DNA of 60,507 nt, filler included, from a bacterium (GCA_040757115.1; 3 parts of 3 records of this genome joined end to end with filler, not necessarily neighbours in it), one strand, 5' to 3'. Positions 1 through 10,771 are shown, counted from the first letter of the whole stretch. Notes: a model not told the origin generated them from the letters alone. A program made the numbers and translations.

Positions 1-17
1 CTTTGTGAGCCGCAGGT

Positions 18-233
18 TCATGAGTGTTTCTCATCAAGTCCATATCTCTTATTAGCCCATTCCTGCTGGTCTTTATTTAGACAATCCCAGCAGGTAACGC
101 TAAGAGATAAGGTATGGTCTATTCCAAACAGTGCCCTTTCTACAAGTATCTTTCTCTTGCACTTAGGGCATTCTAAAATACTTCCCCTTACTGGAAACTC
201 CATATCTTCCTCTTTATTTTCTTTTCCCTCCAT
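18..233 (-). CDS. small hypothetical Zn-ribbon protein
   Basis: 71-aa ORF with CPKC...CWDC cysteine pairs. Confidence 0.5.
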   Translation of the reverse strand: MEGKENKEEDMEFPVRGSILECPKCKRKILVERALFGIDHTLSLSVTCWDCLNKDQQEWANKRYGLDEKHS

Positions 234-346
234 TTTATCACCACCAATGTAGCAAATTTATCAATTAGCTCATATCCACTCAAAACATTGTGGGAAAGCG
301 GTATTTCTTATCCACGGATTTCACAGATTATTTATTAAAGAATCGG

Positions 347-1210
347 CTAAAGCTTTCTTACATACTCAATAATCTCATTAGTTGCCATTATGTCCCCAAG
401 TGCCATAATATGAATACCAGATAGTCCCTCTGAGCCATAAATTTCTTTCACAGACTCTTTAGCTATCTCTACTCCCTTCACACCTGCTTTAAGTTTATCC
501 ATTACCTCTTCAGGTATATGAATGCCAGCTACTTTTTCATTCATATACTGAGCCATTTTCAAACCCTTTAGAGGCATAATACCTAAAAGAATAGGTACTC
601 CCAGATTTTTAGCTTTATTTAGAAATTCCTTAGCCTTTCCTACATCATATACTGGTTGGGTTTGAAAAAAATTTGCCCCTGCATCAATTTTTTGTTTCAT
701 TCTTTCAATTACCTGCTTCAGATTAAGAGCTTCAGGTGAAGCTACTGCGCTGATAAAGAATTCACTCTGACCTTTAATCGCTTCACCATTATAATCTAAT
801 CCTTGATTGAGGTTACTAATCATTTTAATCAACTCGATTGAGGTAAGGTTATATACCGCTTTAGAATCCTTATAAGGACCCTCTTTAGGGGGATCGCCAG
901 TAGTAGCTAAAATATATTTTATCCCCAGGCTGTATGCCCCTAAAAGGTCTGCCTGCATTCCCAAAATACTTCTGTCTCTACAAGTAAAATGAGGGATAAC
1001 ATCCAAATTGGGGAATTCTGATTGGATAAGATGAGCTAATGCAAAAGAATTGATTCTCAGGCGAGCTGAGGCACAATCGATAACATTCAAACCATCAATG
1101 GGCAGGTAAGATTTAACATCTTCTAACGATTTGGCTACATCTGTTCCATTGGTTCCCCCAAGTTCGGTGGTAACTACAAACTTCTTTCCTATCTTCTCCT
1201 TTAAATGCAT
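347..1210 (-). CDS. metF: methylenetetrahydrofolate reductase
   Basis: HFTCRDRS, TGDPP, KIDAGANFFQTQPVYD, GIMPL motifs; ATG at 1210 has a GGAGGTG RBS. Confidence 0.85.
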   Translation of the reverse strand: MHLKEKIGKKFVVTTELGGTNGTDVAKSLEDVKSYLPIDGLNVIDCASARLRINSFALAHLIQSEFPNLDVIPHFTCRDRSILGMQADLLGAYSLGIKYILATTGDPPKEGPYKDSKAVYNLTSIELIKMISNLNQGLDYNGEAIKGQSEFFISAVASPEALNLKQVIERMKQKIDAGANFFQTQPVYDVGKAKEFLNKAKNLGVPILLGIMPLKGLKMAQYMNEKVAGIHIPEEVMDKLKAGVKGVEIAKESVKEIYGSEGLSGIHIMALGDIMATNEIIEYVRKL

Positions 1211-1441
1211 TTGACACCTCCTTTTCTTCCAACCCAATCTTAATTAACCATTAACAATTAACCATTTTTCGTCAAATTCAAACATTAAAATTGCTAATTG
1301 TTAATTATTGTGGGTAACGATTAAGGTTAAATCAGGGGCTAACCTTAACCTTTTATCCAAGACCTTTCTATTTATTATTATACAAAGTAATCCAAGAAAA
1401 GGCAAGGTAAAATAAATGCCTCTTATAAGATAGTATCCATT

Positions 1442-2164
1442 TTAGCCAACTAACTCCATCAGTTCCTTTGCATTCTTAACCGCATAAGCATCAAAGTCAT
1501 TATTGAAATAGCAATACACATCCAGTTCTTGTTTCACAAAGTCCTTAATGCTTTCTGCAAAGTAGGCAAGCTCATCCTTTGAGTAATCATAACGATACCA
1601 ATCACTTATCCCATGAAAACGCAGATAAACAAAATCTGTGGTAGATTCTAAATGGGTGATAAGCTTTGGCGCACTAACAATGCAGTAAGCAATCCCATTT
1701 TTCCTTAGCAAATTAAAGGTTGCTTCATCTACCCAGGAATTATCCCGAAATTCTATAGCATAGCGAAAACCAGAGGGAAGTTGAGCGATAAATGCCTCTA
1801 ATCTTGGGATATCCTTCTTTAAAGAGGGTGGCAATTGATAAAGGATTACCCCTAATTTCTCAGAAAGCCCTTTAATTCGCTCTAAGAAGACCTTGAGGAA
1901 TTCCCTACAATCCACTAATTTTAGGAGATGGGTAATCCTTCTTGGTGCCTTTAGCGCAAACTGAAATCCGACTGGGCTCCTTTTATACCATCCTTTAATC
2001 ATTCCCTCAAATGGCAGGCGGTAAAAAGAGGCATTGACCTCTACAGTCTGAAATTTGCTGGCATAGAATGAAAACCTCTCTTTGGAAGGAAGCCCGGAAG
2101 GATAAAATCTTCCCTCCCAATGGTTATAACTCCATCCTGAAGTCCCAATAAAAACACAAGTCAT
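1442..2164 (-). CDS. DUF72 (YecE-like) protein
   Basis: IGTSGWSY, VEVNASFYR, LYQLPPS, YLRFHG, YFNND motifs. Confidence 0.88.
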   Translation of the reverse strand: MTCVFIGTSGWSYNHWEGRFYPSGLPSKERFSFYASKFQTVEVNASFYRLPFEGMIKGWYKRSPVGFQFALKAPRRITHLLKLVDCREFLKVFLERIKGLSEKLGVILYQLPPSLKKDIPRLEAFIAQLPSGFRYAIEFRDNSWVDEATFNLLRKNGIAYCIVSAPKLITHLESTTDFVYLRFHGISDWYRYDYSKDELAYFAESIKDFVKQELDVYCYFNNDFDAYAVKNAKELMELVG

Positions 2165-2323
2165 GGTTTAAATTAATCCTTTTTTAAAATCCTTTTCTGG
2201 TCAATAGTAGCCCATACTTTTTGCTTTCTTGTATGCCGACTGGGCAAGGAATTTGTACCTCCTGTAGGTTTCCCTGGGCTATCGTATTCGTATTATCTGT
2301 GCGTTGTTTTCATCCTTATACGC

Positions 2324-2746
2324 CTACCAGGTCAATCCTTCTAATTCTTTTATTCCTTTCAGCTCGGGGTATTTTTCGTAATCCGGTTCTTTCAAATCTT
2401 CTCTATTCAATTCCCCAGGGAGATAATAGCCTGGTTCTTCTTCCTCTTCTGAAGGTAGTCCCCACCAGCAGACATCATTGGTCAACATCACCTTACCATT
2501 TCCAAAAAATTCTTTCACCCTCACAAGATACTTGCGCAATGCCTCCCATCTTTCTCTTTCACCTTCTTCCTCTTTTACAAAAAATCTTGGTGGAGACGAC
2601 CATTTAGCATAATTCATCCCTTTATGTGTAAAGAGTGCCCACTCTGGATAGAATTTATCTATAAAATCTCCACCAAACTTTTTGTTTATCTCTTCTTGCG
2701 TTCTATTTGCTAAATTTTCTACCATAATTACAAAATTTACTCCCAT
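2324..2746 (-). CDS. hypothetical protein
   Basis: 140-aa ORF with GGAGG RBS; no recognised motif. Confidence 0.55.
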   Translation of the reverse strand: MGVNFVIMVENLANRTQEEINKKFGGDFIDKFYPEWALFTHKGMNYAKWSSPPRFFVKEEEGERERWEALRKYLVRVKEFFGNGKVMLTNDVCWWGLPSEEEEEPGYYLPGELNREDLKEPDYEKYPELKGIKELEGLTW

Positions 2747-2902
2747 TTTTAAATACCTCCCTATACTTTAGACTTCTACAAAATAAGAAAAATCGCCCTT
2801 TTACCTTTAAAATGTATTTCATTTACCACACTTTGGCATCCTTTTGTGAACAGATTCGGTTTATCAATAGCCACTTATATACCGGTTTTATCTCAAATTT
2901 TT

Positions 2903-4237
2903 TCATTCCCCTACACATAAGTTCTTTAATCGGTTATATCTTTCTCTGGATAAAAATGGTAAGGCAGAATTATTGTGGAGTAAAGGGTCTGCGATAGGGT
3001 CAAATCCAAATTCCCTTACCCCTTTCTCCCATTCCTTTGTGCCAGGGATAGGTGAATATTCTACTAACTTTATCTTAACCCCTAAGTTACGCAGAAAGAT
3101 AATTCCCGCTTCTACTTCATCTTCATCCTGACCAGGTAAACCACACATAATATACACACCTATATCTTTTTTATTATATCCTGCATTAAGGAGGTTAGTT
3201 ATTGCCTGCTTAAACTCTAAATTACTTACCTTTCCACCACTTATTTGTTGGCGTCTGGAATTTGTTGTTTCTAAACTTAGTCGAATAGTCTTGAAATTTG
3301 CCTTAAAGAGTAAATCTGCTACTTCCCAAGAGATAAATCTAATATGAAGTCCATTTGGGGTATGGAAAAAGCACTTTATTTCTCTTCTTATTATTTCTTC
3401 TAATATTAAACAAAGGTGATTTTCAGCATCTACCAGCAAGGCATTATCATAAAAGGCAAAATTCTTTACCCCAAATTTCTTATGCCAATAATTAATCTCT
3501 TCCACTACCCCTTGGGGTTGGCGTTGTAAAAATTTTGATTCCAGTAACCAACTGGCACAATAACTACACCTAAAAGGACATCCATAAGAAGTAAGCAGAC
3601 AAATATATCTTCTTTCCCTCAATAACTCATAAGCGGGATAAGGATATTCAAGGAAGGTTTGAGGGAATTGGCGATAATCACTTCTCTTATTTCCCACGAT
3701 TTCATCAACTAATCTTAATATTTCTCTCCCTTGTCCATAGCGAATAACATAATCTGCCTCTGAGTATTTTAAGGCATGTTCATAACAAAGGGTGGCATAT
3801 ATCCCTCCCAGGATTATGGGCACATCTTTAAAATAATCTCGTATGATTTCTATTGCCTTAAATACACCAGGATACCAATAGGTCATAATTGAGGTGATTA
3901 AGATAGCCTGGGGTGGTGATTTTAAGTTCTTAAGTTCTTTTTTAAACAGAGCAAGAGGGTATCCATATCTTTTGTATTTACGAGGAATATGTTTATAGAC
4001 TGGAGGTTTTTCTACATCTTCCCAATAGTAGTGTCCACAACCATATAGTTTCTTCTCGGGTTCCTCTGGTAGTTCCGGATGAAAGTGGTCTAAGCAATCA
4101 ATTAGCTTTACCTTGTAGCCAGCATTTTTAAAAAGGCTTCCTAAATAAAGAAGTCCTAATGGCTTACTCCATAAATCATAAGCAGAAAAATCGTATATCC
4201 AGGGATTAATTAACAAAACAACGGTTTCAGATTTCAT
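2903..4237 (-). CDS. B12-binding radical SAM protein
   Basis: N-terminal PLGLLYL...ILGGIYATL cobalamin-binding domain; GCPFRCSYC cluster motif. Confidence 0.85.
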   Translation of the reverse strand: MKSETVVLLINPWIYDFSAYDLWSKPLGLLYLGSLFKNAGYKVKLIDCLDHFHPELPEEPEKKLYGCGHYYWEDVEKPPVYKHIPRKYKRYGYPLALFKKELKNLKSPPQAILITSIMTYWYPGVFKAIEIIRDYFKDVPIILGGIYATLCYEHALKYSEADYVIRYGQGREILRLVDEIVGNKRSDYRQFPQTFLEYPYPAYELLRERRYICLLTSYGCPFRCSYCASWLLESKFLQRQPQGVVEEINYWHKKFGVKNFAFYDNALLVDAENHLCLILEEIIRREIKCFFHTPNGLHIRFISWEVADLLFKANFKTIRLSLETTNSRRQQISGGKVSNLEFKQAITNLLNAGYNKKDIGVYIMCGLPGQDEDEVEAGIIFLRNLGVKIKLVEYSPIPGTKEWEKGVREFGFDPIADPLLHNNSALPFLSRERYNRLKNLCVGE

Positions 4238-4395
4238 AATAATTTGCTAAACTCCTTAAAAAATTTAACCCATTTAAATTCTCTAAATTTCAATCAAATA
4301 TGCAGTAGAACATTACCTTTGCTTTTTCATAGGATGATTGAGCAAGGGATTTTGCCTGTTCTGGATTTCCTTAGGCTTTATTCGGAGTTTATCCT

Positions 4396-4914
4396 TTATC
4401 TTCTCAAGGAGTCGATAATACCTTTTATGGTTTTGAAGACTTCCCCTCTATTTTCTGAAGTTAACTCTAAGATTAAGACATCATCCCTCTTTTTAATTCT
4501 CTCCCAAAATGGAAGATTTGCCTTGGGGATTGTCCCCAGGAGAGATTTACCACTATCCAGGGCTTTAAGCACTACTTCTTTAAATCTCTCTGAGCATAAT
4601 TCCATTTTCCCAATCTCATCAATCACAATAATCTTTTTGTTCTCTATTGCTTCCTCTATTGCCGCTACACCAATCTCATCTAAGTTCGCTACATTTACTC
4701 CATAGCTTCCCAGCTTAAATGGTGACTTTAATCCTTTCCTGGCTAATAAACTCCTTCTTCCATCCAGGGTGATAATTTCAAAACCTAGGCGCTTATCTTG
4801 GTAAAGGACTTCCTGGGTATAAAATCCACCCCCATCTTTCAAATAAGGGATTAACTCTTTAAAAAGGGTGGTCTTACCTGATTTCGGTTTGCCGGTAATA
4901 AAGATGTGTTTCAT
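4396..4914 (-). CDS. THEP1/NTPase_1 family nucleoside triphosphatase
   Basis: ITGKPKSGKTT, GGFYT, VIDEIGKMEL. Confidence 0.88.
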   Translation of the reverse strand: MKHIFITGKPKSGKTTLFKELIPYLKDGGGFYTQEVLYQDKRLGFEIITLDGRRSLLARKGLKSPFKLGSYGVNVANLDEIGVAAIEEAIENKKIIVIDEIGKMELCSERFKEVVLKALDSGKSLLGTIPKANLPFWERIKKRDDVLILELTSENRGEVFKTIKGIIDSLRR

Positions 4915-4969
4915 GTACTTTTTTCTTCTCTATAGCATCTATTAACCAAAAGTCCTCAACAATTTGTTC

Positions 4970-5029
4970 TGTCATTCCGAACTCGTTTCGGAATCTCTGC
5001 AGGGATGCTGAAACAAGTTCAGCATGACA
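4970..5029. repeat. REP-like palindrome doublet, probably inside a small TIR element (~4936-5063)
   Basis: TGTCATTCCGAACTCGTTTCGGAATC and inverted GATGCTGAAACAAGTTCAGCATGACA; imperfect outer IR AACCAAAAGTCCTCA / TGAAAACTTTTGACT. Confidence 0.7.
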
Positions 5030-5063
5030 GCACCGCAGGATGAAAACTTTTGACTAAGAACCC

Positions 5064-8000
5064 CTATATATCTTTCTGATAAGGGTCTGTGGTTACATCC
5101 AGTTTGAGGTTTTCAAGATAGAGGTTATACTTAAATAAAATATTCTTCACTGAATTTAGTTCTGCCTCAAGCGAAGCCTTTAATAATTCCTCTATCTCTT
5201 GTGCCCGAGAAGTATTAGGTCTTACAATACTTAGGAAGATGGTCTTTTTGTTAGGCTCAATCTTTATGTCTTTTACTATTTCGTGCTTATAATACTCCTC
5301 CACATCTTTCTTACTAATCTTTTTGTTTTTCCGGATATATTCAGGTGGAATACGGTCTTTATCTGCATCTAAGGCATCTGCCAATCTTAAGATAGCTGCT
5401 AATAATTGGAGTCTTACCTTATAGGAATTACCCGCAAATGTATACTGGGCATCTTGTAGCTCATCCAGGGATTCTTTCTTAGGATGGGCACGACAAATTA
5501 TGGCAATTTGATTAGCCATAGACTCATCAGAAAGTCCAATTTCTCTCCACTCCTTCATTATCTTCTCATAACTTCTCCTGTTATGTTCTTTTCGCGCTTT
5601 TTGCGCTGTTTCTTTATTTTTATAATCCTCACCATTTTCAGGGACAAGTCCAATATCGTGGAGATAGGAAGCTGCCTTAAGTAAGAAGTATTCATATTCA
5701 TTCAAGAGGTTTTTGTCTTTTACCCCGCACCCCGTAATGCCTCGCCCTTCAGGGCGGGGATGTAGGGGTGCAATTGAAACATCATTAAGAATGCCTCGTC
5801 CTTTAGGACGGGGTGCGGGGTTTACTATTTCATCCATTAATTCTTTGACTTTAAGTGAGTGGCTCATCCCATGGCGGTTAAAGGTGCCAAAGTAGTCACA
5901 GCTTGCAGGTAAGTATTCCAGTTCTTTTGCAGAATAGCGCTCTATATTTTGTTGGATTTCGGTTAATAAATTGAGTATTGAGTCTTTTGAGATGGCTTCC
6001 TGAGGGAGTATAATTCTGCTTTCGCCTGGCTCCTTCTCTACTAATTTCTTAAGGGATTCGTAGGCAGAATTTTTTACATTGTTGTCTTTATCCTTGAGTG
6101 CCTCAAGGAGTGCATTGATGACCTTATCATCTGCACGACCTAAATTGCCCAGTGCCTCGGCTGCATTACTACGCACATACCAGTCTTTATCCTTGAGTGC
6201 CTCAAGGAGTGCATTGATAACCTTATCATCTGCACAACCTAAGTTGCCCAGTGCCTCGGCTGCATTACTACGCACAAACTCGTGTTTATCCTCTATTGCC
6301 TTAAGGAGTGCATTGATGACTTCATCATCTGCATGACCTAATCTGCCCAGTGCCTGGGCTACATTACCACGCACATTCTCTCTTTCATCCTCCAGTGCCT
6401 CAAGGAGAGCATTAATGACTTTATCATCTGCACGACCTAAGTTGCCCAGTGCCTTGGCTGCATAAAGACGCACAAGCTTGTATTTACCCTTAAGTACCTC
6501 AAGGAGAGCATTAATGACTTTATCATCTGCATGACCTAATCTGCCCAGTGCCTCGGCTGCGTTCTCACGCACATACCCTTCTTCATCCTTAAGTGCCTTA
6601 AGGAGTGCATTGATGACCTTTTCATCTACATAACCTAATCTGCCCAGTACCTTGGCTGCATTACTACGCACATGCCATTCTTTTTTATCCTTGAGTTCCT
6701 TAAGGTATGCATTGATGAGCTTTTTATCTACACAACCTAATCTCCCCAGTGCCTCAGCTGCATGAAGACGCACATCCGGGTCTTCATCCTTAAGTGCTTC
6801 AAGGAGTGCATTGATGAGCTTTTTATCTACACAACCTAATCTGCCCAGTGCCTCGGCTGCATCACTATGCACATTCCAGGCTCCACCTTTATCCTTGAGT
6901 GCTTCAAGGATGGCGTTGATAACTTTCTCATTTGCATGACCTAAGTTGCCCAGTGCCTTGACTGCCTCACGACGCACATACCAATCTATATCCTTATCCT
7001 TGAGTACCTCAAGGAGAGCATTGATGACTTCATCGTCTGCATGACCTAAGTTGCCCAATGCCTTGACTGCATGAAAATGCACAAACAACGGGTTTCTATC
7101 CTTGAGTGCCTCAAGGAAATTGTTAATTATCGCATCTGCCTTCTTTGTTCCAACTAAAGAAGCAAATACCCTCTCAATCTCATCATAGAGAGGGTAAAAT
7201 TCTGGCTCCTTCCACAACTCCCAAAGGTCATCCAGTATCTTCTTTTCTAACGAGGAATCTATCTCAGGAATATCAGAGAGGCAAAGACCTGCCAAAAGTA
7301 GGGGTTGGTGGAAAACATCATAATAGAGTGGTTTTTGTTCTAAGATGAATTCAATAAAATCCTTTGGCTCTTTAAGCTTACCAGCAATAAGTCTTATTAC
7401 CTCTCTAAACCTTGGATTAAAGAGTATAGGCTCAAGAAGCAAAGCCGGCTCTTCTTTTTCCCTTACAATCCAGCAAGCGGCTAAATATTCCTGAAAGGTA
7501 AGGTGGAGGAAGATATATTGCCCTTCGCCAAGTGAACATAAAAGACCACTCTTTTCTCTAATCTCTTTTAATACATCATCGGCATTGTAATCCTCTTTCT
7601 TATTCATTAGAAAGGTTTTTATAATCTCCCTTAAATCAGCCTCTTCAAATATCTCTTTTTTCTCAAGGAAATAAGAGGCTATCTTTTCTAACACACTTTC
7701 TTTAATAGAAAGGGGAATCTTGGGTTCTCTCAAATTCAGCAAATTATGGACTGCCTTTTTATATAACTCAATCCGGCCAGCAGGTAGCTTGAGGTTTTGT
7801 CTGTTAAAGACAAAGCAGAGTATCTGTAAAAGCAATGGGTTCTTAGAAAGGGGAATCATCTGGGGTGTCTTCTCTAAGGCAGAGAGAAAGCTAGATTCAT
7901 CCTTAAGATAATCCTCTGCATAAGAGGAGATATTTTCTTTATTTAAAGGCATTACCTCATAATGTTGCCAGCCTGACAATTCATTATTGTATCCGGCAAT

Positions 8001-8747
8001 TCGGGTGGTTACTAAAAGAGGGCAGTTTCTATACTCCCCAGAGCTTGTGTTTTGCAAGGCTTGGATGATAGATTGCCTATTCTGGGTTACCTCATCCAAG
8101 CCATCACAAAGGATGATACATCTACCCTTCTTAAGCCAATCTTTTATTAAGGATTCAATCTCCTCTTCAAAACCGCTGTTTTTTAAGGCATATTTCGCAT
8201 AATACCCAGGAAGGGAATCTCCTTTATCTGCCCAATCCTTCAAATCTATCAATAGAGGAATCAAATCCTGTTTTATTTTACGCTCTCTCTTGTTGGTGAC
8301 TAAAGAATAGGCGATATAGTGAGTAAGGGTAGTCTTTCCTGAGCCTGGGTCTCCCTTGACTACAATCTTCTTATTTTGGATGGCTTTCCAGATGTCTACG
8401 ACCACTAAAGAATGTCTTTCGGAAGAAGAGTGTATCTCTCGCCATACCTTGAAATCTACATCCTCGCCTAATTCTTTAGATTCTAATAGCTCTCTCTTGG
8501 TAGGCTTTTCTTCTCTTTCTTGGCCTAATTGGAGGGGGATATAATTCTCCATCGTCAAGCTGATATTTTCATCAAGGCAAGGTATAGTCTTGTATTTATC
8601 CCTGATGAACTGGCAATATCTGGGGGTTAATTTTTCCATTCTTTTAGATGGTTTTTTATCTTCTTTGTGAATATGCACATCCCTACCTGCCTGAATAACC
8701 TCAATATTCTGACTATGGCTAATTTCTATCTTTTGCTTTTTCATCAA
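5064..8747 (-). CDS. NACHT NTPase - HEAT repeats - C-terminal HD (HD-CE-like) domain
   Basis: GDPGSGKTT, CDGLDE, FLHLTFQEYLAA; about 11 HEAT units (VRxxAAEALGxLG); HGMSHS...YLHDIG...LRLADALD. Confidence 0.85.
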   Translation of the reverse strand: MMKKQKIEISHSQNIEVIQAGRDVHIHKEDKKPSKRMEKLTPRYCQFIRDKYKTIPCLDENISLTMENYIPLQLGQEREEKPTKRELLESKELGEDVDFKVWREIHSSSERHSLVVVDIWKAIQNKKIVVKGDPGSGKTTLTHYIAYSLVTNKRERKIKQDLIPLLIDLKDWADKGDSLPGYYAKYALKNSGFEEEIESLIKDWLKKGRCIILCDGLDEVTQNRQSIIQALQNTSSGEYRNCPLLVTTRIAGYNNELSGWQHYEVMPLNKENISSYAEDYLKDESSFLSALEKTPQMIPLSKNPLLLQILCFVFNRQNLKLPAGRIELYKKAVHNLLNLREPKIPLSIKESVLEKIASYFLEKKEIFEEADLREIIKTFLMNKKEDYNADDVLKEIREKSGLLCSLGEGQYIFLHLTFQEYLAACWIVREKEEPALLLEPILFNPRFREVIRLIAGKLKEPKDFIEFILEQKPLYYDVFHQPLLLAGLCLSDIPEIDSSLEKKILDDLWELWKEPEFYPLYDEIERVFASLVGTKKADAIINNFLEALKDRNPLFVHFHAVKALGNLGHADDEVINALLEVLKDKDIDWYVRREAVKALGNLGHANEKVINAILEALKDKGGAWNVHSDAAEALGRLGCVDKKLINALLEALKDEDPDVRLHAAEALGRLGCVDKKLINAYLKELKDKKEWHVRSNAAKVLGRLGYVDEKVINALLKALKDEEGYVRENAAEALGRLGHADDKVINALLEVLKGKYKLVRLYAAKALGNLGRADDKVINALLEALEDERENVRGNVAQALGRLGHADDEVINALLKAIEDKHEFVRSNAAEALGNLGCADDKVINALLEALKDKDWYVRSNAAEALGNLGRADDKVINALLEALKDKDNNVKNSAYESLKKLVEKEPGESRIILPQEAISKDSILNLLTEIQQNIERYSAKELEYLPASCDYFGTFNRHGMSHSLKVKELMDEIVNPAPRPKGRGILNDVSIAPLHPRPEGRGITGCGVKDKNLLNEYEYFLLKAASYLHDIGLVPENGEDYKNKETAQKARKEHNRRSYEKIMKEWREIGLSDESMANQIAIICRAHPKKESLDELQDAQYTFAGNSYKVRLQLLAAILRLADALDADKDRIPPEYIRKNKKISKKDVEEYYKHEIVKDIKIEPNKKTIFLSIVRPNTSRAQEIEELLKASLEAELNSVKNILFKYNLYLENLKLDVTTDPYQKDI
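5719..5825. mobile_element. 102-bp in-frame palindromic insertion (IS200/IS605-end-like) in the HD domain
   Basis: TTTAC direct repeat at 5719-23 and 5821-25; IR ACCCCGCACCCC/GGGGTGCGGGGT; two AATGCCTCGYCCTTYAGGRCGGGG hairpins; adds 34 codons. Confidence 0.8.
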
Positions 8748-8777
8748 ACCTTACCCTTGGTAAGAAAATCATCAATC

Positions 8778-10067
8778 TTATCCCATCAACCATTTTGTAA
8801 GGGGAATAAGGTTAATCCAAAAACCTTTAAATTCTTCTTTTGCCTCTACATCCCAGGTAATTACAGTTAAGTTTTTGCAATTTAATCTTTCAGCTCCCAG
8901 AATTAAAGATTTAAACTCCCTTTCTTTTGTTTTAATCTCTTCTATTTTATAACAGACCTGGATTAACTCTTCTATCTTTGTCTTTTCTTTTAGAACAAAA
9001 TCTATCTCTTTCCCCCTTGCATCTTTGTAATAATAGAACTCAATCAATGGTCTTTCATTCTGTCTTCTTAATAGCTCTAAAAACACACAATTTTCCATTA
9101 ATCTTCCGATGTCTTCCTGGAATCGGACAACCTTTGAGATGCCTGTGTCGCAGAGATAGACCTTTTTCGGCCAGGCTTCTTTCTCATATATCTTTTCTGA
9201 ATACCTCAAGAGAAAGAATACACTTACTGAATCTTGAATCTTTTCGCAATAATCATATAAGGTATTTTTTCCAATCCTCTTTCCTTGTGATTTTAAGAAG
9301 CTAAAGATTTTATTTATGCTGATTTCACAAGAAAGATTTTGGGCAAAGAATGAAAGGAGGAATCTTGCCAGAGCGATATTTTTTAATTTATGCCTTTCCA
9401 CCAGGTCACGGAAAAGGATGAGTTCATAAAACTCTTTTAATATCCGCTCCTTCTCTTTTTCTTTAATTATCTCTGGGAAACCTCCAAATTCTAAATATCT
9501 TCGCAATTTACCCCTTATTTCTGCTCTTTCCTCCTTTGAAAGAGAGCCTACTAAAGAAATTCCTTCTGCTCTTAAAAATTCAGAAAAACTAAAAGGAAGA
9601 AGCAAATATCTGAATGTCCTTCCCCTTAAAGAGGTAGCAATTTCATAAGCCAGTAGTTTTGAAGAAGAGCCGGTAATAAAGATTTTGTATCTTTGGGTAT
9701 CCAGGATTTCTCTTACCGCAAGTTCCCAATTTTGAATATTTTGAATCTCATCAAAGAATAAATACTTTGGTTCTCTTGCGGTAAGTTCTTTATAAGTTCT
9801 TATTAAATCCCTTATTTCCTTGAAATTGACATCTGTTAATCTTGTATCTTCAAAGTTTAGATAAAGGGCTTCTTCTTTCTTGTCTTTCATTAACTGATAG
9901 AAGTAATATGTTTTTCCTGCCCTTCTTGGTCCGATGATAGAGATTATTCTTTCTGTTTCTGTTATCATTAGCTCCCTTTCTATCAAAGGCGGAATAGGTC
10001 TTTTGGTATATTCTAAGATGTAATCTTCAACCAACTCCCGATTCATAGGCTCTCTCCTTAAAGACAA
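8778..10067 (-). CDS. AAA_14 ATPase + DUF4143 protein
   Basis: IGPRRAGKT, FFDEIQ, ITGSSSKLL, GGFPE, KKVYLCDTG, EIDFV...LIQVC. Confidence 0.88.
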   Translation of the reverse strand: MSLRREPMNRELVEDYILEYTKRPIPPLIERELMITETERIISIIGPRRAGKTYYFYQLMKDKKEEALYLNFEDTRLTDVNFKEIRDLIRTYKELTAREPKYLFFDEIQNIQNWELAVREILDTQRYKIFITGSSSKLLAYEIATSLRGRTFRYLLLPFSFSEFLRAEGISLVGSLSKEERAEIRGKLRRYLEFGGFPEIIKEKEKERILKEFYELILFRDLVERHKLKNIALARFLLSFFAQNLSCEISINKIFSFLKSQGKRIGKNTLYDYCEKIQDSVSVFFLLRYSEKIYEKEAWPKKVYLCDTGISKVVRFQEDIGRLMENCVFLELLRRQNERPLIEFYYYKDARGKEIDFVLKEKTKIEELIQVCYKIEEIKTKEREFKSLILGAERLNCKNLTVITWDVEAKEEFKGFWINLIPLTKWLMG

Positions 10068-10136
10068 TTTTGTATATTTTTTTCTTTCCTGTTGAGATAA
10101 TTTTAACAGAACTTGACAAAAAAGTCAAGGATTTTT

Positions 10137-10663
10137 CTAACCGTTCAGGCTATATATCAAAAGTGTAAGAAAGGGGATAAGGAGATAAGAGTGATATGGA
10201 GATAAGATAATAGAATATAGATTGAAATTTATAGAAATAGGTAGAAATTGATTGTGGAAAACAACAAATTTCCATAAATTTCTATTAGTTTCTATGTAAC
10301 TGCTCATCATCAAGTGGCAATCTGCACCTTACAGCTTCAACAGCCACATAATATCTAAAGAACCGTTTTTTATGGCGAAGGGCCACATGGACAACAAACT
10401 GTACTTGCCTTTCCAATCATTTCTGCCAAGGAGGGCAGCCTGTATTCTCCAGAAAGTCTATTAATTTCAATTTTTTTAATAATATCTCCCTATCTCCTTA
10501 ATCTCCACATCTCCTTTTGTTACACCACCTGAACGCTTACAAGTCCAGATATAGGAAAGTATAACATACCACGAATTTCACGAATTGGACGAATAAAAAT
10601 GTGTCTAAGTGTCTGGTAGTCTGTAACCCAGACACCCAGATATCAGCCTACCTGAACGGTTAC
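10137..10663. mobile_element. composite IS66-end-like MITEs (family A copy 10137-10540 with internal insert, plus an extra right end)
   Basis: (C)TAACCGTTCAGG...CCTGAACGCTTAC near-identical to 48244-48480; ~160-bp insert starting GTAACTGCTCA; second end CCTGAACGGTTAC at 10663. Confidence 0.75.
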
Positions 10664-10682
10664 TCATTTTGACATTAGCTTG

Positions 10683-10751
10683 GTAGCCCAGGATTCTATC
10701 CTGGGTTGTCCATCCCCCATTTCTATCCGCCAACATAGAATGTTGGGCTAC
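10683..10751. repeat. GTAG-type REP doublet
   Basis: GTAGCCCAGGATTCTATCCTGG ... CCAACATAGAATGTTGGGCTAC. Confidence 0.65.
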
Positions 10752-10771
10752 ACTTTTTCTATTCCCACAAA

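Noticed and set aside
1240-1375. Riboswitch upstream of metF
   Set aside because: A hairpin (TTAAGGTTA/TAACCTTAA) and heptamer arms are present, but I see no SAM, THF or ZTP consensus on the sense strand; an Rfam search is needed
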